The position numbers and the translations under genes are program-made. From Methanobacteriota archaeon (lineage in GTDB: Archaea > Thermoplasmatota > Poseidoniia > Poseidoniales > Poseidoniaceae), in NCBI GenBank assembly GCA_009937025.1, contig JAACDG010000072.1, positions 1 to 59,527 of the forward strand: 59,527 bases of DNA, written 5' to 3'. Below, one piece after another: positions 50,351 to 59,527 of the stretch. Under the pieces are notes generated by a model. That model worked only from the letters and a program-made list of their open reading frames with translations. It made no database searches and was not told the origin of the DNA. Numbering within the stretch: the first letter of the stretch is position 1; the number at the start of each line of letters is the position of its first letter.

Positions 50351-52377
50351 TCCGATATTTTCTGAATGGCTTCTCGAAGAAGAGCGCTGACCACTTTGCC
50401 ATCCGCCGCCCCTACCGCTTGCATAACAACGCCCATCAAAGGACCCATTGCGCCCATGCCCCGCTCTTTGACAAAGTCCGCTCGCTCAGCAACGATGCTT
50501 TCGATGACTGCACCTAAATCACCTTCATCTGCTGGCTTGAAGCCATGTGCTTCACCGTATTCGGCAATCTCTTCACTGCTTGGAGTCATATCTTTGAAAT
50601 GCTCAATGATTTCATTCATAGATTCGCGAGTGATGAAACCGGCTTCCTTCACCGCCATGACATCAGCACAAAGTTCAGGATTTGCTGTATCGTTTTCGAG
50701 CACGACACTGGCCCATCCTTTGTGTGGTAATTGGGAAGCGTATTCAACAAAGATATCGTCCAATTCCCTCGCCAATAATTGGCTTGCTTGGTCATTCGAA
50801 ACTTCATACTCAGACATACGTTCAGCTCTTTGGTCATCGGTCATCGGTATCGATTGGAGCGTCTGTTGCCATCGCTCATCACTGAGGGCGAATACGGGAA
50901 CATCGGTTTCAGGATACATACGAGCGCCACCGGGCAAAGGACGCATGGGTGTAGTTGTTCCATCATCAGGAGCGCCTTTCTTAATCACGACATTTCGAAC
51001 TTCTTGCGGTATTCGGTGCCAAGCCAAACGGGCTCGAGTGAGTACGCTTTCAAGTGCTAACTCTGCCTGCCAAAGTGGTGCTAAACACAGGATGAAACCG
51101 TCATCCACTCCAAGGTCGAGGAGGTTTCGAACGGCTTTGACATGTTCTGCTTCGATACCATAGGCGGGCAATTCATCAGAATGGAAGACGCCTTTGACAC
51201 CTGCTAATTTTGCAGCGCCTGCCAATTCACGACCAAGTCGTGGCATTTGTGCCCCTTCCTTATCTGAAGTTTTTTGTCCGAACTTTCCAGCAAGCCCGGG
51301 AAGTGGGAGTGCCAACATGATTGAGCCTTGCTTCAAACCGGTTTGGACCATTTTTGAATCGCATGAAGTGAAGCATTCGCTGACATCATTCAACGCAAGT
51401 GGAAGGTGTTTTTCGACCGCTTGTGAAACCTGTTGTTCGAGGGGTGCCTCATCGCTTCTTCGGTCAGGTGGGAGAAGCGGTAAGGATAATTGAGTTCGCA
51501 ATTCATTCGCAAGTCTGTAGAAGTGCAATTGGCGAGCCATTTCAAGACGGATAATACGAGGAATCCAAGATAAATCTTGGCAACCTTTGATTTCAACACG
51601 GTCTCCACAAGCCAAAGAAACATTGAGGTCTTGTCGAATGCTACCAAGGCCTCTGCGAACTTTTCGGGTTTGACGCAAACATCGGCCGAGTGCCATCGAG
51701 GTTTCTTTGGCGTGTTCAGGCGTGAGAACATCGGGTGCAGTCGCAATTTCAATCAATGGTAAACCCAATCTGTCTAAATTGTAGAGGACCTGTTCACCAT
51801 CTCCCGTTGAGATGGTGTCGAGTTTACGAGCACTGTCTTCTTCAAGGCACAAAACATCAACTCCAACTGGGCCGGTTTCTGTTTGAAGAACGCCGTCAAC
51901 TGAAACCAAAGACGTGCGCTGGAAGCCGCTTGTGTTTGAACCATCAACCACGGTCTTTCTCATCGTTTGAAGAAGAGAAACTGGTTTTGCATTGAGTAAT
52001 GCTGAGACGGTTAAAGCGATCGACACTGCTTCACCATCGTGAGGCAGAGGAGGTTGTTCATCCAATTCAATCAAACCAGAGTTTGGTGATTGAACATAGA
52101 CAAATGAACGGTTGCGGCGTGTTTCAAAGCGTGCAGCGATATCGATTGCTCCGCCTTCACCTCGTGCAGCCCTCAAACGACGATGAAAACGATTCCATTG
52201 TTCAGGAACCGTGTCGATTGTAACATCGTAAAGTACGCCTGGTTGGCGCGAATGAAGTTTTCCTGTTGCCAGTTGTTGATGAACCTCAATGCCGCACATA
52301 AAGCCCAATTCGCTAGGGACAAGCCCGCTCGCGTCATCGACACTACCTATTGGCTCAGTGCGAATTGGGTCGGCCAT
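50347..52377 (-). CDS. gatE: Glu-tRNA(Gln) amidotransferase subunit E
   Basis: GIEVHQQL, MRKTVVDGSNTSGFQRT, LEED, LDRLG.PLIEIAT, RGLGSIRQD, FHSDELPAYGI, RPLPGGARMYPETD. Confidence 0.96.
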   Translation of the reverse strand: MADPIRTEPIGSVDDASGLVPSELGFMCGIEVHQQLATGKLHSRQPGVLYDVTIDTVPEQWNRFHRRLRAARGEGGAIDIAARFETRRNRSFVYVQSPNSGLIELDEQPPLPHDGEAVSIALTVSALLNAKPVSLLQTMRKTVVDGSNTSGFQRTSLVSVDGVLQTETGPVGVDVLCLEEDSARKLDTISTGDGEQVLYNLDRLGLPLIEIATAPDVLTPEHAKETSMALGRCLRQTRKVRRGLGSIRQDLNVSLACGDRVEIKGCQDLSWIPRIIRLEMARQLHFYRLANELRTQLSLPLLPPDRRSDEAPLEQQVSQAVEKHLPLALNDVSECFTSCDSKMVQTGLKQGSIMLALPLPGLAGKFGQKTSDKEGAQMPRLGRELAGAAKLAGVKGVFHSDELPAYGIEAEHVKAVRNLLDLGVDDGFILCLAPLWQAELALESVLTRARLAWHRIPQEVRNVVIKKGAPDDGTTTPMRPLPGGARMYPETDVPVFALSDERWQQTLQSIPMTDDQRAERMSEYEVSNDQASQLLARELDDIFVEYASQLPHKGWASVVLENDTANPELCADVMAVKEAGFITRESMNEIIEHFKDMTPSSEEIAEYGEAHGFKPADEGDLGAVIESIVAERADFVKERGMGAMGPLMGVVMQAVGAADGKVVSALLREAIQKISE

Positions 52378-52453
52378 ATTATGGCGGAGTCGTTCATCCT
52401 TCAAGACTACAACCCTTCACTCTCAAGAAACTGTTGAGAATCTGAGGGTGACT

Positions 52454-55432
52454 TCACTCAATTCGAGTTCGGCCAACAAATGTTGCAGCTGAGAGTATGC
52501 CGAATAATGTCAGAGCGACACCTATACTTGGAAGAAGTGAATCTTCTATCGGCACTGGGTCAGAGACCGCCTCAAGGGATTCTTCACAAAGTATCCAATG
52601 GCCATCAGTACCTGGTTCGACTGAACCAGTTAAACCTCCGCCCTCTGAAAGGTATAGAGTGCCAGAACCAGCTGGCCATTCAACGACGTAATTACCTGGG
52701 TAATTGATTTGTGTAGCGTCCCAAACTGGCATTCCATTTACATTCCAAGTCTCTTTACAAGGACAAGAATATGGAGTCCAAAATTCATAGTCTTGGTCTT
52801 CGCCTGGTGCGGTTGCAATCAAACCATTTGAATCGACGTATGTCGCTTGGTAATACATGCCCGAGTTCACTGGATATTCGTAAATATCACCAACAGAAAC
52901 CAAAGTTGTAGAATTCCAAACGCCCGATGTAGTAATTCCTTCACAAGGCCCTGGGTTTACCCCATTTCCATTACAAAGGACCCAGTGATTATCAACGCCT
53001 GGTTCTCCAGCGCCTGTGGTCACTCCTAATGGTTCCAAAGGCATATACAAATTACCAGAACCTGCAGGATGTTCAACAACATAGTTTCCTGGATAAGCAG
53101 TACCAGCAACCCACACAGGTTCTCCATTTGCCGCCCAAGTTTCCTTACATGGGCAAGAATAAGGCACCCAGAATTCATCTGCACTGCCGTCTTCAACAGG
53201 GTTTGCAACCCAGTCCGGTCCACCATTTGCATCCTCATGAGTGAAGATGATCTGGTAATAAGTACCTGAATTTGCAGGATATTCGTAAATGTCCCCAACT
53301 GCTCCTGAAGTTGTGTTATCCCAAACTGATACATTTAGACCAGCACAAGGGTTTCCTGAAGGCTGGTTTGGTTCTTCTCCATTACAAAGAACCCAGTGAT
53401 TATCAACGCCTGGTTCTCCAGCGCCTGTGGTCACTCCTAATGATTCCAAAGGTATGTACAAATTACCAGAACCTGCAGGATGTTCGACTACATAGTTTCC
53501 GGGATAAGCAGTACCAGCAACCCACACAGGTTGTCCATTTGCCGCCCAAGTTTCCTTACATGGACAGTCAATCGGAGACCAAACATCCATATCGATGTCT
53601 GGAGCACTTACGCTCCAGAAAGGACCTCCTGCATTGACTTGGTAATACGTTCCTGAATTGACAGGATATTCGTAGACTTCACCGGATGTGACATTCATTG
53701 AGGAGTCCCAAACACCAACAACCGTGAGGCCCGCACATTCAGTGCCATTGGCCGGTTCATCTGGTGAACTGCAGAGTTCCTATTCTGGATCTGTACCTGG
53801 TTCGTCTCCAGGGCCTGGTGCAGGCGAAGTGATATACAGCATCGAAGAGCCAGCAGGCCATTCAACGACAGAGTTAGGAGAATACGTTACTGAAGCATCC
53901 CAGACTGGACTGCCAGCAGCCACCCATTCTTCTTCACATGGGCAATCAACTGGAGCCCAAATATCCAAATTAGTAGTAGGGGAGTCGACATTTTGGTCGA
54001 GATATCCTTGAATTATAACTTCGTAATAATTTCCTGAGTTGGCTGGGTATTCGTAAACTTCACCGGTTGAAACTCGGGATAAATTGTCCCATACGCCTAC
54101 TGAGGCTGAACTGCCACATGGGCCGCCGCCTGCAGGTTCTCCTCCACCACAAAGTTCCCATTCATTGCCATCGGCAAAGGGTTGGGTTGGTGTTACGCCT
54201 GTTGTTGTTTGGCTAACAATCGCCATCCAGATGTCTCCGGTTCCAATTGGATACTCGACCATCATTCCAACATCGTAAACTGTGTTTGAATCCCATACTG
54301 GGCTACCAGCTGTCAACCAAATGTCATCACAATCACAGTACTTTTCTGACCATGCATCAAGATCCATTCCTGGCTCACCAACGATTTGGTTGTTGATTCC
54401 GGGAGAGACAGTATAGAAGTGTCCAGACCCGGTTGGGAATTCATAAATTTCTCCTGCAGATACAAGAGTTGTGTTATACCAGGGCATGCCTCCATAGCCG
54501 TTGAATTCCTCACATGGGCCACCGCTTGGCTCCTCACTAGGACAAAGTCTCCATTTATCGGTCTGATTTGGGGCATCGACGGGATAAGCGACCCAAGCAA
54601 TGTAGAGTGTGCCAGAGCCGGCTGGCCATTCAACAACTGAATTTGATGGGTAGGTCGCAGTAGAATCCCATACTGGCTCTCCACTATCGCTCCAGATATC
54701 CATACAATCACAATACTCTTCATCCCAAGCATCCAAATCGACACCAGGCTCTCCTACTGTTTGATTACTGATGGAAGGAGCCACCATGTAGAAATTGCTC
54801 GAATCTGCTGGATACTCGTAGATGTCCCCTTCGGAAACTAGCACTGTACTATCCCATACAGTAATGACCATTCCAATCAATTCATCACAAGGTGTTGAAT
54901 CTTCATGTGTACACTGAACCCAAAGGTCATTGCCTACAACTGGTTCATCTCCAGCCATGGTTCCAGCGTCTTGTGCAATCCAAGCACTACCGTTGTGAAG
55001 GACGATTCGCCACGCTTCATAAGGAACGGTAGCATCCCAACTAATGCCACTTGCTTCAGCAATTTCCAAACACGAGCAAGGGCCTATCCAATGGCCTTCT
55101 TCTACGGAACCACCAGATGAATTAATTTGAGTTTGGTAAAATTGGCCTGAGTTTGCTGGCCATTCAACAATGTCATCGACTGCATACGTGGCGCTGCTAT
55201 CCCATAGAGGTCCACCCATTCCGTCGCTAATTCCATTGAAAGAACAATCTGAATCAACGGAATTATTTCCATTCATCCCATTGCTTGCATTGCCTTGCCG
55301 CCCTGAAAATTTCACATTTTGTTCGCTATTATCTTCATAACCATTGTTTTTTTCTTCAAACGTATCCATTCCTGCAAGCGATACCTGTAAAGTAAGTAAA
55401 GCCACAATTATCAAACATATTGCATTCCGCAT
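52454..55432 (-). CDS. Surface protein of 14 CBM5/12 (chitin-binding-like) Trp/Cys modules with C-terminal anchor; split by an in-frame TAG at 53780-53782
   Basis: ORFs 53780..55432 and 52454..53698 share a frame, joined by TAG-ELCSSPDEPANGTECAGLTVVGVWDSS; signal peptide in the first part, LPSIG-TM-RTR in the second; modules such as WDSSATYAVDDIVEWP. Confidence 0.75.
52968..53563. repeat. 185-bp near-identical direct repeat pair (52968-53152 and 53379-53563)
   Basis: Offset 411 bp (137 codons); about 8 mismatches by hand count. Confidence 0.85.
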
Positions 55433-55549
55433 ACCTTCTACTCACCATGCAGGTATATATTTATTCTTCATTGACTCATATATCCGTAATGAAAAGTCAT
55501 TACATATGAGAAAGGGAGAGGTTTTCCAAGGATTCACTGGAAAAGAGCA

Positions 55550-57670
55550 TCAAGCAATTTGCAATGTATCATAGCCTGAAGGTCGAAGCATTCGGCCGTG
55601 TTGGCAGAGCTTTTCAATGACATCTTCTGCAGTTGAACGGTTAATGTCGTAACGTTCTGCTTCGTTGAATACATCCAAGAGTTGGGCTATGCCGCCGTTG
55701 TTTGCAGACAAAGATGCGACGATTTCCATAATGGCTTTCTCTCGATTACGGACGGACCCTTTCTTGCCGGTGACAAGCGTTGTTTCATCGAAATTACCAC
55801 CCATCAAGTCTTCTCGCCAAAGACGAGTCATCAGAACTGCCCGTTCTGCATCTTCCAGCGTAGCCACTTGCGAGAGACGGATACGAGCGCTGGCTTCTGC
55901 TAAACGAGCCAAAGCCTCAAGAGAACGTGCGGTGATGGCAACGCTGTCGTTTGAGTCGCCGGTTTGTTTTCGAGTCTCAACATAAAATTTGACGATGATG
56001 TCTCGCGCTTCTTGTTCAAGATGGGGGTGAACTGTTCGCTTGGAATAAGCAATGTATTTTCGGATTAAATCCCGAGAGAGAACTTCGCCATGTTCCGAAG
56101 TGTGTTCTATGCCGGAACGAGATGTGCCCTTGGTTGGGTCAGGGGCGCTGCCTTCACTGACCAATAATTCACTTGTACCCTGCAAACGATTACTGATGAT
56201 GTGTTGTGCAATCTTCGCATCTTTCTCTGTTTCGGGGTCATCGGTTAACAACCCAATGATGTCAAATCGAGAAACCAAAGGAGGGGCGAGATTGATTTGT
56301 GCGGTGAATGGAACTTCTGAAACTGGCTCAAATCGACCGTTTTTCGGATTCGCTGCCGCAAGTACTGCGCAACGGGTACGAAGGCTCGCGTTGATTCCTG
56401 CTTTCGATATCGAAATTGGCTGTTGTTCCATCGCTTCGTGCATACTCGAACGGTCGCCTTCATTCATTTTGTCGAATTCGTCAATAGCCGCGAGTCCAAG
56501 GTCAGCAAGAACCAATGCTCCAGCCTCTAAAGTCCAACGCCCATCAGCAGCAGCATCCTGAACTGCGGCAGCGGTAAGACCTGCGGCCGATGCTGATTGG
56601 CCCGAGGTAAAGCGACCACGAGGAGAAATTGTCGACATGTAACTGAGCAGTTGGGATTTTGCAACACCAGGGTCACCCATGAGCAAAATATGGATGTCGC
56701 CACGGTTTCTTGTGCCGTCGGAATTGAGTCGGGCCACGCCACCAAATAATTGCAACATCAACGATTGCTTGACTGAAGTCATGCCAAAAATCGAAGGGGC
56801 GATGCTGTTGGTAAACAACTCGTAAATATCGGGACGGCGTGCCAACTCTTTGATTTCTAATTCCTCATCTTCGGTAATGACGATTTCCTCAAGAGGGATG
56901 TTTTGTCGCTCAAGTGAATGAATCCGCAAAAATATATCGAAAACTGGGGTGTCTTTTCCACCCTTTCTTTGAGACCGAATAAACAAAACTCCGTTTGCTT
57001 TGACACGGTCTCCTGGGTTGAGTTTACCTGCCAAATCATGTTCAGCGATACAGATGATTCGTTCAGGCTGAATCCCACCCTTCATTTGTTCAGGTAATTC
57101 CTGCAATTCCATAAATTGTGAATTGATGAGGATAGAATCTTTTTGATTCAATTCAAAGCGAGTTTGACGCTTTGCTCGACCGCATCCACCGTCTAATTGC
57201 TGGCATTCGATTGGTTCGATGAGTTCTTGTTCATTTGGTTGATTGACAATCATCGAATGGCCGCAGGCAACACATTCGAACGTCGCAGCATAGATACGGG
57301 GTCGGACGCCTGAAATTTTGGTCGTAACAGCGTCGATTGCAAGCATCATGCCAATGTCATCTGCGCGTAGTTGTGATACGGTTCGGACTTGGTCAACGGG
57401 GAGGTGAACAATGCGAACGAATGGGTACATCGTGCTGTGTCCAGCGTCCAAAAGGAATTGGCGTAAAGCTTGGTTCGAGGCATGGAAATGAAGTTCCGGG
57501 TGTTGAACGATGTCATGGGCAAACTCGTGGTCAAATCCTTCAATAACACGATACGAAACTTCAAGCGATTGTTCATCGGGCCACATCTGAGCAAGGTTGT
57601 GCACCGATTCTGCGAAGTGGTCTTGAATCAAAGAAGTCCAACGAGCAGGGAGGTCGAATTCTTGAAGCAT
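55550..57670 (-). CDS. mcm: Replicative helicase MCM
   Basis: Zn motif CVAC...C...C, APSIFG, GDPGVAKSQL, AGLTAA, LEAGALVLAD, IDEFDKM, AAANP, SRFD, ITARSLEAL, C-terminal winged helix; start 57670 (AGGTG SD) or 57739. Confidence 0.96.
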   Translation of the reverse strand: MLQEFDLPARWTSLIQDHFAESVHNLAQMWPDEQSLEVSYRVIEGFDHEFAHDIVQHPELHFHASNQALRQFLLDAGHSTMYPFVRIVHLPVDQVRTVSQLRADDIGMMLAIDAVTTKISGVRPRIYAATFECVACGHSMIVNQPNEQELIEPIECQQLDGGCGRAKRQTRFELNQKDSILINSQFMELQELPEQMKGGIQPERIICIAEHDLAGKLNPGDRVKANGVLFIRSQRKGGKDTPVFDIFLRIHSLERQNIPLEEIVITEDEELEIKELARRPDIYELFTNSIAPSIFGMTSVKQSLMLQLFGGVARLNSDGTRNRGDIHILLMGDPGVAKSQLLSYMSTISPRGRFTSGQSASAAGLTAAAVQDAAADGRWTLEAGALVLADLGLAAIDEFDKMNEGDRSSMHEAMEQQPISISKAGINASLRTRCAVLAAANPKNGRFEPVSEVPFTAQINLAPPLVSRFDIIGLLTDDPETEKDAKIAQHIISNRLQGTSELLVSEGSAPDPTKGTSRSGIEHTSEHGEVLSRDLIRKYIAYSKRTVHPHLEQEARDIIVKFYVETRKQTGDSNDSVAITARSLEALARLAEASARIRLSQVATLEDAERAVLMTRLWREDLMGGNFDETTLVTGKKGSVRNREKAIMEIVASLSANNGGIAQLLDVFNEAERYDINRSTAEDVIEKLCQHGRMLRPSGYDTLQIA

Positions 57671-57878
57671 TTTGCGCACCTGATAAACGCGGGAGAGGCT
57701 CCCGACTTCCAAACAATATCGCCAACGGTATTTAGCCATGACCTCGCGAAAATCCTACCCCTCCGTTTCCATTGGAAAAGAGATGGTTTGACGCGCCCCG
57801 TTTACATTGGAAATTGATGTCCACTGCCAAATTGCCATGACCGCAGATAACATGAGGAAGGAGAGCGTCGCTTGGGGT

Positions 57879-58901
57879 ATGCCGAAGCATGCATTTGCAC
57901 CCGTTGAAGGTCGTATCGAGAGATGGGTCTTGGACTCCCCGCTTTTAGAAAACCGGCTGGGCGACCCGACTGAGCGTGAAATCCTCACCCACATTTCTCC
58001 CGAAGGAACCGCTTTGATGGAACAAGGAACCGCTTTGCCAGTGCTGATTTATTTGGCTCCATTCACTTCATCAGGACCTGCTCGTGCAGGATGGAAAGCA
58101 TTCGCTGAAACATTGCCCCAGCGTCATGAGCGTCTGGTTAAATCTGGCAAAATGAAGCCGGTCATCTTGGTCATGCCGGATACATTTACTACGCTTGGAG
58201 GAAACCAATTTGTTGATTCACCAGTGCTGGGAAAGTGGTCATCTTGGCTTGCAGAAGCTCTGAAGCCAGCCATTCAAACGCGCTATTCGACCAATGAAAA
58301 GTTTGGGTTAATTGGAAAATCTTCTGGAGGATACGGCGCATTGGTCAATGCCATGCTGCAACCCAATTCATGGAATGCTGTTGCGAGTCATTCAGGTGAT
58401 GTTGGTTTCGAGACAATGTTTTTGCCGACCTTTGCCGAAACGTTGACTCATGTCCACAGATTTGGCGGGGTTGCACCCTATGTCCAACATGTTCGCGATG
58501 CTGCGGCTCTTTCGGGACCTGATTTTCATTCACTGATGATTTGTGCAATGGCTGCATCATACGACCCTCGCGCACCAAGTCCAGGGAATCCTCTTGGAAT
58601 TGTCTTACCACTTGATGAGAAGACCGCTGTCATCGAAAACGAAGCATGGTCTCGCTGGATGGATTTTGACCCGTTGATGCTTGTCGAATCCAATCATTCT
58701 GCACTGGCGAAGTTGGATTGTCTATTGATTGATTGTGGGAGTCGAGACCAATACCATATCCAATATGGAAGTCGGCGATTTGTCGAACGTTTGGCGGCAT
58801 TTGGAATCGAACATACTTGGGAAGAATTTGATGGCACCCATTCTGGAATTGATTTTAGATTAGATACAAGTTTTTCGCAATTGTCGAAGGTCTTGTCCTA
58901 A
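57879..58901 (+). CDS. Alpha/beta hydrolase, enterochelin-esterase-like putative esterase
   Basis: LENRLGDP, LGGNQFVDS, GKSSGGYG nucleophile elbow, DCGSRDQY, EEFDGTH; start uncertain (57807-57879). Confidence 0.82.
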   Translation: MPKHAFAPVEGRIERWVLDSPLLENRLGDPTEREILTHISPEGTALMEQGTALPVLIYLAPFTSSGPARAGWKAFAETLPQRHERLVKSGKMKPVILVMPDTFTTLGGNQFVDSPVLGKWSSWLAEALKPAIQTRYSTNEKFGLIGKSSGGYGALVNAMLQPNSWNAVASHSGDVGFETMFLPTFAETLTHVHRFGGVAPYVQHVRDAAALSGPDFHSLMICAMAASYDPRAPSPGNPLGIVLPLDEKTAVIENEAWSRWMDFDPLMLVESNHSALAKLDCLLIDCGSRDQYHIQYGSRRFVERLAAFGIEHTWEEFDGTHSGIDFRLDTSFSQLSKVLS

Positions 58902-58956
58902 TTTCAACAAGGGTTCGAGGCGGTTAGTTCTTCAAACGCCTTCTTTTGAAGGTGGT

Positions 58957-59527
58957 ATGGCCGAGCCCATGGACTATGCAAGTGCGGGCGTCGATATTGA
59001 CCTTGAAGGGTCTGCTGTAGCCTCTCTCATCGCTTCACTGAGCGCATCCAGTCGACCAGCAGGTACTCCGGGAGCCCCTGTTGATTTACCCGGCGGATTT
59101 GGTGGATTAATCGAGTTCGGCGATTCTTTACTCGCTCTTGCTACGGATGGAGTCGGAAGTAAATTACAAATCGCTTCTTTACTCAAACAATGGGGTGGAG
59201 TTGGTATTGATTGTATGGCGATGAATGTCAATGATTTACTGTGCGTTGGAGCAGAGCCAATTGCATTTGTCGATTATGTAGCGGTGCCAAAACCCGACCC
59301 TGAAACCCATGCAGCACTCGGAGCGTCATTGGCAGAGGCGTGTCGTTTGGCTCGAGTAACCTTAGCCGGTGGAGAGACTGCCTCCCTGCCTGGCATCGTT
59401 ACCGAACTCGACCTTTCTGGCACTGCACTTGGCTATGTTAAGAAAGGCAATGCGATCACTGGAGAACATTTGGAATCTGGAGATGTTCTTATCGGCTTAC
59501 CTTCTTCTGGCGTTCATTCAAATGGCT
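58957..59527 (+). CDS. purM: Phosphoribosylformylglycinamidine cyclo-ligase (AIR synthetase), partial
   Basis: Not in the ORF track (open at right edge). Hand translation: MDYASAGVDI, GGFGG, TDGVGSK, GIDCMAMNVND, GAEP, GGETA, DLSG, GLPSSGVHSNG. Confidence 0.95.
   Translation, partial: MAEPMDYASAGVDIDLEGSAVASLIASLSASSRPAGTPGAPVDLPGGFGGLIEFGDSLLALATDGVGSKLQIASLLKQWGGVGIDCMAMNVNDLLCVGAEPIAFVDYVAVPKPDPETHAALGASLAEACRLARVTLAGGETASLPGIVTELDLSGTALGYVKKGNAITGEHLESGDVLIGLPSSGVHSNG

Noticed and set aside
50366..51163. Long antisense ORFs (50366-51163, 28006-28770, 29450-30190, 39614-40225 and similar)
   Set aside because: They are shadows of well-supported genes on the opposite strand and have no recognisable motifs
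52968..53563. Diversity-generating retroelement template/variable repeat pair
   Set aside because: Both copies are in-frame coding modules, mismatches are not confined to adenines, and no reverse transcriptase is present
55433..57878. Replication origin next to mcm
   Set aside because: No cdc6/orc1 gene or repeated ORB-like boxes seen; the AT-rich 55433-55549 gap is explained by a BRE/TATA-like promoter for the lectin-like gene
1..59527. CRISPR array, tRNA/rRNA genes, integrase or transposase
   Set aside because: No repeat-spacer periodicity, cloverleaf or recombinase motifs recognised; the repeats found are coding. A covariance-model search was not possible

Overview
Gene-dense archaeal chromosomal segment, most consistent with Marine Group II Euryarchaeota (Ca. 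Poseidoniales). This is inferred from archaeal markers (GatE, MCM, RaSEA, Pth2, archaeal YchF, TFB-like protein) mixed with bacterial-type genes (MaeB, RlmH, PabBA/PabC, Pip, LtaE, AddAB-like pair). About 40 CDS; I recognised no rRNA, tRNA, CRISPR array, integrase or IS element. Main points of interest: (1) two genes are interrupted by an in-frame TAG in the same GAA-TAG context, one exactly at a Trp conserved across the protein's own repeats, while TAG is a true stop elsewhere; (2) a heme-copper-oxidase (CcoN-like) membrane protein without the metal-ligating His residues, fused to an EF-hand pair; (3) a ~990-aa non-catalytic, Cys-linked array of 14 chitin-binding-like modules with a C-terminal anchor; (4) a ~2,770-aa propeller/Fn3 surface protein; (5) a putative B12-capture pair (propeller-DUF4430 protein plus CbrT-like S component); (6) a strongly divergent TFB paralogue; (7) a >925-aa helical protein with a PIN-like motif that the ORF track missed. 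All family assignments come from motif recognition by eye, not database searches.
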